Shown piece by piece: positions 26,116 through 39,500 of a stretch of DNA of 64,000 nt (position 1 is its first letter; every line of letters begins with the position of its first letter). The position numbers and the translations under genes are program-made. Below the pieces are notes generated by a model, which ran no database searches, was not told where the DNA came from, and saw only the letters and a list, made by a program, of their open reading frames with translations. The stretch is from Mobula birostris (lineage: Eukaryota), in the NCBI RefSeq assembly GCF_030028105.1, contig NC_092379.1, forward strand, positions 19,259,309 to 19,323,308, given 5' to 3'.

Positions 26116-26908
26116 TGATAGGGACCCAGGACGGGCTAAAGTTCCAGCAGAAATGGAAAACACTTTGGAGTCCAGTATTGCTATTAACTAATGGTATTTA
26201 TTAGTAACTACAGAATACAGTAATATAAATGCAGATATATCAAACAGGATTGCAATGATTATATATAAGTAAGTGTGGAAATATATGAAAACCAAGCTTC
26301 TTCAAGTCTAGGGGTAAATGATGATGATGTGTAAAGCTCAGTTCAGTTCGTGGTATTGAGTTGAGTGTTGATGGAGAGAGGGAGAGGGAGAGATTTGAGT
26401 CTTCAGGTGAGCTGATGCTGTCGATCTTCCCATTGTCCTCCGAAATCCTTTAGAAGTCACCGACTGTGACCACAACAAAGGGACCATTCTTCTGTGGTGG
26501 AATTATCAACCCGTGTGAGGGTTGGACACACAAATGTCTCCCCACCGGTCACTCCCTTTTCACACTGTGAGAGCTGCTGATTGATCCGCCTGATCGATCC
26601 TCCAAAACCCACCTTTTCTGTGGGCACAACAAAACTCATTCAGTGTCCAAAACCATGTGTCTCCAGGTCTAAGAGCTGACCTTCTATTTATCTCGCTGTG
26701 CTGAATACTAGCTGTCCATCAGGCAGCTCCTCCCTCCTCTCTCTGTAAGAACACAGAAGCTGCCAGCGTCCCTGTAGGAAGTATAAACAAACTGTGAGCA
26801 ATCTTTGCCTCTCTCTCTTTCTTTTTAACAAAGTGTCTGGTGTTGAGCAACTCCCTCTCTCTCTTTTCAAAAGCACAGTTCATAGGGGTAATTAGAGACC
26901 CCATCACA
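26116..26908 (-). repeat. 5' LTR of the Gmr1-type element
   Basis: Aligns over its full length with 13965-14774; ends ATCACA followed by TSD ATAT. Confidence 0.9.
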
Positions 26909-26914
26909 ATATAT

Positions 26915-29900
26915 CTAACATGATTACCAATTTGCGGGACTGTCCTGAATCCTTAAAGGAGCTGCACCAGCTATCCGCACTGCGAAGAGTTAGAGTGTCT
27001 AAGTTCCAGAAGCTGGATCTGTTGGGTGCGTCTCTTAACAGGACCCATCACCTATGGCTGACTGCTGACAATCCTGGCTGTTTGTAGAGACAGTGATGAT
27101 AGACGTCAAAGAGGGCCAGATCTAAGATGTCTCTATCAGGCACCCAGCACCTCTACTGTGGTCCGAATTCTTCCCAGTCCACGAGGTATTGTTGAACACC
27201 TGGAGCAGTACGCAAGTACAGAAGTCTTCTCACCGTGAAGACCTGTTCCCCCTCAATAAACCAGAGTGGCAGCAGGGCTGGTGGTGGTGGGGCTAAGGGA
27301 CTGATGCAGACAGGTTTTAATTTATAGATGTGGAAGGTGGGATTCATCTTTAGAGTCTTGGGGAGCTGCAAGGTATAAGCCATGGGGTTTACTTTCCTTA
27401 GGACTTTGATGGATCCAGTGAATTTGCTTGCCAACTTTCTAGATTCCACACAGAGATACGAATTATAAGTGGACAGCCAGACCTGTTGCTCAGGGTCTAA
27501 ATTGGGTCTGTCTTCTCCTTCAGTTTGCTTTGGTCTCTGACCTCTGGATGGAGGCCAGAAAAGTTTCTCATGCCCTAATCTATTTCTGCTTGCAGCATTG
27601 GATGAAATCTTTGGCTGCAGGGACCCCAACCTCTGCCTCCTTGCATGGAAAGAGGGGCAGCGGATAACCAAACTGTCACTTGAATAGTGACATCCCATAC
27701 GCTGAATGCTGTAAGATGTCCACTCATAAGGTCTTTCTGAGGCCAGGCATCTGAAGGTACATTCTAAATCTTGTTTAGTCCACTCCATCTGACCTTTAGA
27801 TTGAGGGTAAAACCCAGAGGAAAAGCTTACTGCTGCCACTATCAGTTTACAGAACACTCTCCAGAAATATGATGTTTATTGTGGACCACAATCTGAGACA
27901 ACATCCACCAGGAATCTGTGGATCCTGAAGACCAGCACCAGGACTATTTTGGCTGTCCCCCCTGCAGATGGTTGCTTCTTCAAGACAATGAACTTGCAGG
28001 CTTTCAAAAACCAATCAAAAATTACCATGATGACCGGCTTCCCCTTGGTTGGCAGGAGACCCATGACAAGGTCCATGGAGGTGTGTGTCCAATGTCTTTC
28101 CAGAACAGGACGGGGGTGGGGGAGCCCTTGAGATCAGGAATGAGGCTCCTTGTTCCAGTCACACACCTTACATGCTTCCACGAAGGACCGAACCTCTTTT
28201 GTCATTCCAGGCATCCAGTACCTCCACTTGGTAAACCTGAGGGTCCTGGCAATCCCTGGCAGTGTGGTCATTTTTGACGAATGACCCCATTGGAGTACTT
28301 GTGACCAGAATGAAGTTGGGACAAAGAGCTGACCTAGAAGGCTGTTCTTAGAAATTCCCCCCAATCGCTTGGGCCTTGTGATCAGGATCGTCGTTTGCTC
28401 ATCCAATTGCTGTGACCACACTGACTTGCGGCAAAATAGGGGTAGGTTGCTCCTCTCATTCTGGTTCGTCAAACTCACGGGACAGGGCTTCTGGCTTCTG
28501 GTTCTTTGACCCCAGTCAATAGAACAGGATGAATTCAAAAAACAAAGACAACCTGACCTGCTCGGAATGCAGGCTCTTGGCCTCCTGAATATAAGCCAGG
28601 TTCTTCTGGTCAGTCCAAATGATAAAAGGGTTCCTGGCCCCCTCAAACCAGTGACGCCATTACTCCAAAGCTAAGAACTGCAAGGGGCTCCCAATTCTCG
28701 TTGTCATAGTTCCTCTCTGCCGGGGATAGCCACCTGGAGAAGAATGCGCACAGGTTTAGTTTACCATCCAAAGGTGATCGTTGAGACAAGATGGCACCCA
28801 CTCCATTGATTGAGCTGTCCACCTCCATGATGAAGGGGAGGTCCCAGTTAGGAGAAACCAAATTAGAAGCTGTTGTGAACCACTGTTTGAGCTCAACAAA
28901 AGCAGACTCTGCTTCGGTAGTCCAGACGTAAGGGTGTGTAGAATTCTTAATTAGCAAAGGCAGCAGACCTGCACTGAGCTGAAGTTGCTTATGAACTTCT
29001 GGTAGAAATTTGCAATCCCCAAGAAACATTGGATTTGTTTGCTGCTAGATGGTGGCGGTCAGTCTCTGACTGCCTGGGTCTTGGTAAGTCTTGGTAGGCT
29101 CCATCTTGAGATTGCCATTGGAGATGATGAACACCAAAAATGAAACAGTCGTCACGTGAAACTCAGACTTCTCCAACAGAACATCAACTCCATGCTCTAG
29201 ACGCCTCTTTAAAATGTCCCTGACGTTAACGTCGTTTTTCTCCATGGACTTTGAAAAGGTTACGGTATCATCAATGTAGATGAAGGAATACTTATCAAGA
29301 ATATCCATAATGGCTGGAGCATTCACGAGGCTGAAGGGCATCACCAGATACTCGTAGTGCCCCGTTGGTGTATTGAATGCAGTCTTCCACTCATCACATT
29401 CCCTTATATGGACCAGATGGTACACACTCTGTCATTCCAGATTTGTGAATACTCTCAGTCTTGGAGCATTTCGAAGTCCATGAATGGCAGTGGGTAGTGA
29501 TATTTGGCCATCATGCAGTTTAATCCTCTATAATCAATGCACGGCCAAGGGCTTCCGTCCTTCTTTCGTATGAAGCAGAAGCCTGTGCCAGTGAGTGAGG
29601 TGAAGAGCCGAATGAAGCCTGTGGCAAGAGCCTCCTTAATATACTCTTCCACTACACTTCTCTCTGGGCCCAAGAGTGCGCTTAATCAACGCTGCAGGGG
29701 ACAAGTACCAGGCAGCAGGTATCGCACAGTTGTGGGGTTGGTGTGTTGGAAGAGTTGAGGCCTTTCCCTTGCTGGAGGCTTCCTCCATGTCCTTGTAGAT
29801 GGATGCACTTTCAATGGGTTTGGGTGTTCTATCTCCTTGGACTCTCTTTCGAAGATGATCCCTGAGGCTTTTTAGGCGGTGGGGTGATTCAACTGACCTC

Positions 29901-30690
29901 AGAGTCCGCTCCCTAGGCTCACAAAGCTCATTCATGGAAACGAGCCAAGTCAGAGTCTAAATCCCAATCAGGATCCTCAGTCAGCGGCAGCGAGGTGTTA
30001 CAGAGGGTTCTTTTCCTCCTGGAAACAGGTTTCAAGGCTCGGCATAATGGAGTCTGTTCCATTACTCGAGACCTGGTAGCTGTGTTCTTAAGGTTGGCTG
30101 CAAGTTTCCCAGAGAGTTCGGGCATCTCTTTGGTCTAGTTCCTGTGGGATTCAGACTCGATAGTGTCAGAACTCATACAGTCTCATCGTCTGGAATCAGT
30201 TTCTCCATCCAGGAGGGCAGGACTAAGTCACCAGAAGGTCTTGGATTACTTCGCACTGAGGCTGCACCCTTTTTGGTCATTTCTCATGGGAGTGTCTGAG
30301 TCTTGGAACACCATGCCACAAACAAACCCTCTTACAATGACGGACCAAGAAATTGAGGGGTAGGGCCAGGAGGGGATTTGGTACTCGAATTAGTGTAGTA
30401 AAGGGAACAGATAATATTAGTGTGAGGAATGTGAAACCAACGTTTTGTTTCAATGATTCTCCCCTCCCTCCAGTCCATGGAGGATTATGCTGGGATAGCC
30501 AAGGGTACTCGAGGATCAGGGGTACGTGGAGAATCAATTATGTAGAAACTAATATCATCCCCATGATCTGCTATCCTCATCTGCAAATCCACAGTCTGTT
30601 GCTGGATCCGCCCGGAACTGAGTGGGTGACTGTCCAAGACAGTTGCAGGCATGGCTTGGCTCAACACTCACAGCGGGCAGTAACTTACAG
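26915..30690 (-). mobile_element. Decayed sushi-like chromodomain Gypsy element (protease, RT, RNase H, integrase, chromodomain, LTR fragment)
   Basis: [59 protein letters not shown]; the LTR-like piece at about 26915-26990 matches 49590-49660. Confidence 0.85.
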
Positions 30691-31765
30691 ATAAGTTACA
30701 GTACCTGGGCCTTTGTCCCTCCCTCTGCAATTGGATGCTCCGGTTAGGAAGACCACCATTCGTGATAATATCTCCTCCTTGCTGACGATCAACACTGGTG
30801 CACGTCAGGGGTGTGTGCTTAGCCCACTGCTTCTCTCTCTCTATACCCATGACTATGTGGTTGGGCATAGCTCAAATACCATCTATAAATTTGCTGATGA
30901 TACAACCGTTATTGGTAGAATCTCAGATGGAGATGAGAGGGCGTGCAGGAGGGAGATATACCAACTTGTGTCGTGGTGCCACTGCAACAACCTTGCACTC
31001 AATAACAGTAAGACAAAAGAGCTGATTGTGGATTTCAGGAAGGGCAAGATCAAGGAACACATACCAATCCTCATAGAGGAATCAGAAGTGGAGACAGTGA
31101 GCCATTTCAAGTCCCTGGGTGTCAAGATCTCTGAGCACCTAACCTGCCCCCAACATATCGACGCAGCTATAAAGAAGGCAAGACAGTGACAATACTTCAT
31201 TAGGAGTTTGAAGAGATTTGGTAGGTCAACAAAAACACTCAAAAGCTTCTATAGATGTACCATGGAGAGCATTCTGACAGGCTGCCACACTGTCTGGCGG
31301 GGGGCGGGGTTGGGGTGTTGGGTGGCTACTGCACAAGACCGAAAGAAGCTGCAGAAGGTCATAAATTTAGTTGGCTCTACCGGGGGTACTAGCCTACATA
31401 GTACCCAGGACATCTTCAAAGAGAGGTATCTCAGAAAGGCAGCGTCCATTATTAAGGACCCCCAGCACCCATTCCCATCAGATAGGAGGTACAGAAACCT
31501 GAAGGCACACACTCAGCGATTCAGGAACAGCTTCTGCCCCTCTGCCATTTAATTCCTAAATGGATATTGAACCCATGAACACCCCCTCACTTTTTAAATA
31601 TATACTATTTCTGTTTTTGCATAATTTTTAATCTTGTTCAATATATGTAAACTATAATTTATTTATTTATATATTTTTCTTTTTATATTATGTATTGCTT
31701 TGAACTGCTGCTGCTAAACTAACAAATTTCATGACACATGCTGGTGATAATAAACCTGATTCTGG
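30690..31765 (+). mobile_element. 5'-truncated Rex1/Babar-type LINE (RT to 3' end)
   Basis: GARQGCVLSPLLLSLYTHD, YKFADDTTVIGRI, NNLALN.SKTKELIVDFRK; ends aataaacctgattctg. Confidence 0.88.
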
Positions 31766-31899
31766 ATGTTGAACCAACCAGTGAATCAATGGGATTGGGA
31801 TTAGTGACTGCTACGGTTATAGTCCTCCTGATACTGAACGGTCTTAGCAGTCCTGACTGTTCCAGCCTGGGATGTTCAATCATGCCCACAGAACCTGGT

Positions 31900-33510
31900 C
31901 TTAGACTCTCCCAGTATAGGAAAAATCCTCTCCACATCCACTCTTATCAAGGCTTTTCAACATTTGATCAGTTTCAATAAGGGCACCACTCATTATTCTG
32001 AATTCCAGCAAGTACATGAAATTCTCTCCTTATGACAAGCCTTTCAATCTCAGAATGATTTTTGTGAACTCTCCTCAATGTGACCACATTCTTTCTTAGA
32101 TAAGGGGCCCAAAAGTGCTCACAGTACTTCAAGTTGGGCCTCACCAATGCTTTCAAAGACTCAACGTTACATCCCTGCTCTTATCTTGTAGTCCACTTGG
32201 AATGAATGCTGACATCACATTTGCCTTCCTCACCACTGACACAACCTGCAAATTAACCTTTAGGAAATCCCGCACAAGGACTCCCAAGTTCCTCTGCACT
32301 TCAGATTTTTGAAATTTCTGTCCGTTTAGAAAACAGTCTGCCCTTTTATTTCTTCTTCCAAAGTGCATGACCATACAATTCCAAACATTGTATTCCATCT
32401 GCTGCTTCATTGCCCGCTCTCCCAATCTGTTTTAGTCCTTCTGTAGCCTCTCTACTTTCTCAAAACTACCTGCCCCTCCACCCATCTTGATTCATGTGCA
32501 AACTTTGCAACAAAGCCGACAATACCATCATCCAAGTCATTGACATTTTTCATTAAAAGCAGTCCCACCACTAGTCATCGGCAGCCAAACAGAAAAGTCT
32601 CCCTTTTATCCCATTCTTTGCCTTGTAGCAATCAGCCACTTTATCCATGCTAGTGTCTTTCCTGTAATACCATGGGCTCTTAACTTGTGAAGCAGCCTCG
32701 TGTGCGGCGCCTTGTCAAATGCCTTCTGAAAATCCAAGTACACAATATCCACCGATTCTATTCTGCTTGGTAACTCTTCAAAGAATTCCAACAAATTTCT
32801 CAGGCAGGCTTTTCCTCGAGAAAACCATGCTGACTGTGGCCTGCTTTATGATGTGCCTCCAAGTACCCAGAAACTACAACCTTAACAATCAACTCCAAAA
32901 TCTTCTCAACCACTAAGATCAGATTAACTGGCCAACAATGTCCTTTCTTCTGCCTCTCTCCTTCTTAAAAAGAGGAGTGACATTTCCAATTTTCCAGTCT
33001 TCTGGAACCATTCCAGAATCTAGTGATTTGTGAACAATCATCACTAATGCCTTCCCAGTCTCTTCAGTCACCTCCTCCAGAACCCTGGGGTGTACACCAT
33101 CTGGTCCAGGTGACCTACCTACCTTCAGACCTTTCAGTTTCTCAAGAACCTTCTCCCTAGTAATGGCAGAGTCTCCCACTTCTGCCCCCTGACACTCTCG
33201 AAATTCCCATACAGCTCGTGCCTTCCACAGTGAAGACTGATGCAAAATACTTCTTTAGTTCTTCAGTTTGTCCACCATTTCCTTGTCCCCTATTACTATC
33301 TCTCCAGCATCATTGTCCAGTAGTCTGATATCCATTTTCTTCTCTCTTTCACAATTTATGTATCTGAAGAAACCTTTGGTATCCTTTTTAACAGTATTGG
33401 CTAGCTTACTTTTGTATTCCATGCTTTTCTTCTGTAAGGCCTTTTTCATTGCCTTCTGGTGGTTTTTAAATTCTTCCCAGTCTAACTGCCCACCAATTCT
33501 TGCTCCATTA
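31900..33510 (-). mobile_element. CR1 LINE fragments with internal deletions
   Basis: YLDFQKAFDK, GRSPGPDGVHPRVLEEV, KALVRPNLKYC.HFWAPYLRK on the minus strand. Confidence 0.85.
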
Positions 33511-34029
33511 TATTAACTTCCTGCCATAGGGATTGCGTTTACCAGTCTATAGTTTCTGGCATTTTATGGGATCGATTCCCATCAATGAGAGGACTCCTTC
33601 ATCCGGTTATCAGCAGTCATTTGGACAAAGCCCCAGGATGAGATTGAAAGGAAGAAATCTCAGTCTGTCTCTGTGGGAATGCCCCCAAACGCAGTATTGT
33701 GCAAAAATATACTTGGATCAGAATTTGGAGAGTCACACGTTCACAAAGTCGAGGAGATTTCCAGTGCCTAGAACACAGGGTGCAGAGCAGGAAGTGAGAA
33801 ACATGTCCCGGATTTGGATATTAGTCCAGTACACTGGCCTTTGAGGATCTCTCCCTCGTACTCTGACCTCTCCCTCCTTGTCCTTCCTTGTTTCCCTCCC
33901 TCTTTCACCTTCCACCTTCTCTATTCATTTCATCAAGGGGTTGAGTTGGTGATGCAGATACGCAAGTTCAGATCACATCACGGCAGCTGGGATGTTTAAA
34001 CTCAGTTCATTAAACATGTAACTGTGGCT

Positions 34030-34240
34030 TTGACGAAATGGATTGATGTCCGTGTTTCAAGGAAGGGAATCTACTGACTTTACCTGGTCTGGCCTGTATA
34101 TGTCTCCAGGCCCACGGTAATGTAGTTGACCTTTAACTGCACTGTGAAATGACCCAGTAATCCACCCAGTTCAAGAGCAGTTGGGATGGGAAAGAAATGT
34201 TGTTCTACTCACATCTCATGACTGAATAACTAAAAGTCAT
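34030..34240 (+). repeat. Decayed 3' end of a shark-type SINE/LINE repeat
   Basis: gtttcaaggaagggaatct...ttacctggtctggcct...gttgacctttaactgc...gaataactaaaa, recognised from memory as a common chondrichthyan repeat tail; family unverified. Confidence 0.45.
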
Positions 34241-36554
34241 CCACGGTTATATTGTATCATGACGGATCCATCACAGTTTAGATTTGTGATCAATCCCATG
34301 AGATTGGGATTGATTTTAATTTAAATTGCAGATATAGCATTAGGAATGACTCTTGTCAATAGTTGGATTGGCCAGTCCTGCTTACACATGAGTGACCAGT
34401 GTAAGTTCAGGTTATGGGCATGGGAAATCTCCACAGGATCTGGTCCTAAGTCATCTCCTTAGCTGCAATAACTTCCCCAGTATCTGAGTCAGTGCCATGC
34501 CCCCTCATGACATGCTCTGCACTCCAGGTTATGGGCACAGGGAGTCTCCTACAATACATGATTGTGGGTGCAGTCTCTAAAATCTGCTCCATATATATTT
34601 TCCCAAATGTCCGAACATGGTGCATTCCTCAGATATGGGGTTGGGAATCTGATACTCGGATTCTTCCAAATAGCTGATTTTAAATTGCTTCTCAAACATG
34701 GGAATCACCACCCTTCCCGAAGATCATTCGTGCATTCCCAAGCTCTTGTCATACTTCCTCATGAATGATGTTGAGAATTAACCACAATTTCTGGTCCTGT
34801 GGAGGAGTATTTTTCTCATTGTCTGCTCTTTCATAGTTTTCCCCAATGTCTATTCCTGGAGTATATTCCTTCAATATCTGGTCCTGTGTGCCTTCCTCTA
34901 ATGTCTGTCCCTTGGACTTACTCTGCTCAAATCAGGTGCTGGTGTCCATCACACAAACATCTGTTGTATTCTATTCTATCTTGGTTTGCATTAATTTCGT
35001 ACCTGTTTATCTTTTCTACTCCTGGTGTTGTATTTTCCTGCATTGGCATATTTTAAAAAAAATGCTATTTCTTGCTGACATCCCATTCAAACATGTGTCT
35101 GGTCGATATACAGTTCTGCTTCACCTGTACTTGTACCAACACCTCCACACTCTCTGATGGGTTTCCTTCAGCTTAGCACCGAGCAGGCCAAAAGCTTTGG
35201 TCCCCACAGTAAGTTCTGTTTCACGGCAGTGATGCTGTTAAGTGCCTTTTCAGTGGCCTGAGAACAAAAATTCAGGGTGACTTGACAGTTCACTGTAGTG
35301 CAGAGGGACAAAGGTGCTGCCTTTCAGCTGAGACATTGAAGGGAGATTGTGCATACAATGGAGAAGCTCCTGTACCTACAGCTTTATAGGACATGGAGGG
35401 TGGAGATTAGGATAATGTGTTGAAATATGGGATTGAGACACTCATTATTAAACATTCCACCAATATCTGTATCTGGGATGTGTAACACGGTTCTGAAAAA
35501 CTCTTCCAATGGGCCTCTGTGTTTTCCTGAATATCTTTCTCAGGGTGCAGCACCTTGGTATTCCTACCATGGGAAATCCATTAAGAACATGAACAGTATG
35601 TGTGGGGCTACACTCATATATCACAGGCTGGAAATCTCTCCGATATTTGTCCCGGGATGCACTACCCATTTGTTGTACTTGGACGCATGTGAAGTCACTG
35701 CAGTGATGAGGGAACTAAGATGGGCTGAATGGTTTTATCAACTCCAGACACTTCATTTTCTCATTTACTTTGTTTTTTAATTCACATAATTTCAAATCAT
35801 GATATAAACTTCAGCAGAATAATGAAAGAAAAGCTACAGGCAATGATTTCCATAATGTCTGATTTCCAAAATATGACAGAACAAGATCCCAAGCCCCCTC
35901 TCCACCACAATCCCCGTCCCCATGTCAACTTCTTGCTCCATAACAATAATACCCATTTCCTCACCTCCCTCTTCTCTTTCACTAAGCACACCCATATTCC
36001 CCGCTCCCCATTCCCAAGCCTTAACCCTGCCTTCCTCTCCCCTCCTGTAAACCCCCTCCAGTGTCACATATCCTGCCATTTTCCCAATGTATCATCCACT
36101 GCTGTCCCTCCGCCCACTGAACCGGCTCTGTGCCCCCATTTCCCATCTGGCATCCCCGGTACATTTAGAGGTTTATTTCCTGAAATGAGCAGTTGCAGTG
36201 CAGTAGCCTCGGATTGCCGAGTGAGTGAGATGGAGACTCCATTTCCAAACATCGCAGCCACACGGGGATCTCTTGACTGAATGTGGGGCGTGTGTCTGCT
36301 GGTCACTGCTGAACCTGAAATATAGACAGGAGAGTATGATATTGTGTGTGACAAGGTGCAGCACAGACATTAACCTGTGAGGACAGGTGAACTAAATAAC
36401 AGATGGTCTGTCCTCATTCCAGGAGGTGGAATCCCATAAAGAGATGTCTGTCATTAGTCTCCGAGGTCACACCAAAACAAAAACCTGAATACCAGTTCAG
36501 ACCTTTAGGGTGATCCACAGTTGGGCTAATGTTTTAGTTCCTGACTAAAACCAT

Positions 36555-39500
36555 AAGATAAGACATAGGAGCAGAATTAGGCCATTTGGCCCATTGAGTC
36601 TGCTCCAGCATTTCATCATGGCTGATCCAATTTCCCTCTCAGCCCCAATTACCTGCCTTCTCCCAGTATCCCTTCATGTCCTGACTAATCAAGAATCTAT
36701 CAACCTCTTCCTTACATATACTCAGTGAGTTGGGTACCACAGCTGCCTGTGGCAATGAATTATACAGATTTTCCACTCTCTGGCTAAAGAAATTCCCCTT
36801 CACCTCTGTTCTAAGTGGATGGCCCTCTATTCTGAGGCTGTGTCCTCTTGTCTTAGACTCTCCCACCACAGAAAACTCCTCAACACATCAACTCTATTGA
36901 AATTTCAACATTCGATAGGTTTCAATGAGGTCCCCCTCATCCTTGTAAATTCCAGTGAATACAGACCCTGAGCCATCAAACACTTGTCATATGATAAGCC
37001 TTTCGATCCCTGAATCATTTTTGTGAACCTGCTCTGAATCCTCTTCAATTTCAGCAAATCCTTTCTTAAAAAAGGTGCTCAAAACTGCTCACCATACTAC
37101 AAGTGAGACCTCACTAGTGCCTTAGAAATACTCAACATTACATCCTTGCTTTTATATTTTATTTCTTTTGAAATGAATTCAAACATTGCATTTGCCTTCC
37201 TTGCCACAGACTCAACCTGCAAATTAGCCTTAATGGAATCCCACACAAGGACTCCCAAAGCCCCGCACTTCAGATTTTTGAATTTTCTCTCCATTTATAA
37301 AATAGCCTACGCCTTCATTTCTTCTCCTGAAGTATTTGACCATTCACTTCCCAACACTTTATCATATCTGCCACTTCTTCGCCCATTCTCTTAATCTGTC
37401 TAAGTATTTCTGTAGCCTCACTTCTTCCTCAACTCTACCAGCCCCTCCACCTATCTTTGGCCATAAAAACCATCAATTTTCTAATCCAAATCATTGACAT
37501 TTTACATGAAAAGATGCAGTCCCAACACAGACCCTTGTGGAACACCACCAGTCACCAGCAGCTAACCAGAAAAGGCTCCCTTTATTCCTACTCTTTCCCT
37601 CCTGTCAATCAGAGAATGTTCTATCCATGCTAGTATCTTTCCTGTAGTACTATGGGTTCTTTGGTAACACACACACACACAATGCTGGAGGAGCTCAGAA
37701 AGCCTGGCAGCATCTGTGAAAAAGACTAAACATTCAAAGTTTCAGACTGATGAAGGGACTTGGCCCAAAACATCGTTTGTTTACTCTTTTCCATAGATGC
37801 TGCCTGCCATCATCCTGCCTTTAGAATATTTCTTCTTTGGGTTGCATCTATCTTGTGCCTTTCAAATTGCTCCCAGAATCTCCAACCATTCCTGCTCTGT
37901 CATCATCCCTGCTGGTGTCCCCTTCCAAATAAATTTTGGCCAGCTCCTCTCTCATGCCTCTGTCATTCCCTTTACTCCACTGTAATTCTGATCCATTGAT
38001 TTTAGCTTCTCCTTCTCAAATTAATTGCAGGATGAATTAAATCATATTTTGATCATAGCTCCTAGCGTTCCCTTACTTTAAACTCTCCACTCCAGTTCAT
38101 TGCACAACACCTAATCCAGAATAGCTAATGCCGAGTGGGCTCATTCATCACCTGCTCTAAAACAACCCATAAGCATTCTACAAATTCTTTCCCTTGGGAT
38201 GCGGCACCAAAATAATTTACTACAGCATGGGCCATTTGGCCTGCACTGTTGTGCAGAACCAGTTATAAAGCAAATCGAAAGCACCCAAGCACCAATCCCT
38301 ACCACCTACACCATGTCCATATCCCCCCTTCTTCCCTACATCCACTTGCCTATCCAAACATCTCTAATGTATTTGCCTCTACCATCACATCAGCCAGTGC
38401 ATTCCAGACATCCTCCACTCTCTGAGTATAAAACTAAGCCCTCACATCCCCTTGATCCTATCCCCCTCACCTAAAATTCATGCTCTCTGGTAATACATAT
38501 TTCAACCCTGGGAAAGAGATACTCTCTCTCCACTCTATCTTTGTCTCTCATAATCTTGTAAACCTCGAGTAGATCCCGCACCCCCCAGCCTCCAAAGCTC
38601 CAGAGAAAACAACCCAAGTTTATGTGGCCTCTCCTGATTGCATGTTCCCTCGAAACCAGGCAGCATCCTGGCAAACCTCCTCTACACCCTCTCCAAAGCC
38701 TCAACATCCTTCCAATAGTAGGGCAACCAGAATTGTCCGCAATACTTCAGTGTGGTCTAACCTGAGTTTTATAAAGTTGTAACATAACCTCCTGACTTTT
38801 GAACTCAATGCCTCGATTAATAAAAGCAAGCATTCCTTAAACCTTGTTAACCAATTTATTGACCTGTGTAGCCACTTTCAAGGAGTATGACCTTGGATCC
38901 TATGATCTCTCTGCTTAACAATACTGTAAAAGACCTTCCCCTTAAAGGTGTACTGTCTCTTTACATTTGCCCTCCTGAGGTGTAACACCTCACATTTATC
39001 TGGATTAATCTCCATCTGCCATTTCTGAGTCCACATCTGCAGCTGATCAATGTTGTGCTGTATTCTTTGCCAGTCTTGCACACTATCCACAACTCCACCA
39101 GCCTTGGTATCATTCGCAAATTTACAAATCCACTCATCCACATTTTCATCCAGATTACTTATATACATTACAAACAGCAGAAGTCCCAGCACAGATACCT
39201 ATGGGACTTCACTAATTACCGACCGCCAGCTTGAACAAATCCCCTAAACCATTAGCCTCTGTCTTCTATTCGCAAGCCAGTTCTGAATCCAAACAGCTGG
39301 TTTGCCACGGACCCCATGTATCTTAATCTTCTGGATTAGCCTCCCATGAGGGACTTTGTCAAATGCCTTACTAAAATTCATGTGGACAGCATCCACTGCC
39401 CTACCGTCATCAATCTGTCTTACCTTGTCAAAAAACTATCAAGTTGTAAGGCACAACCTGCCACGCATAAAGCCATGCTGGCTCTCCCTAATTAGGCCAT

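Larger units (their letters stand above)
13965..26908 (-). mobile_element. Gmr1-type Gypsy LTR retrotransposon (gag-INT-RT-RNaseH order) with three nested insertions
   Basis: LTRs 13965-14774 and 26116-26908; TSD ATAT at 13961-13964 and 26909-26912; gag 25189-26042; integrase 23974-24189 and 21468-21701 (DCVGPLPKT, DQG.NF, LERFNSTLKTM) upstream of RT 20705-20962/15480-15713 and RNase H 14860-15465. Confidence 0.93.

Noticed and set aside
36477-36485. Perfect RSS nonamer ACAAAAACC
   Set aside because: No CACAGTG-like heptamer at 12 or 23 nt spacing (tctccga, tctgtca)
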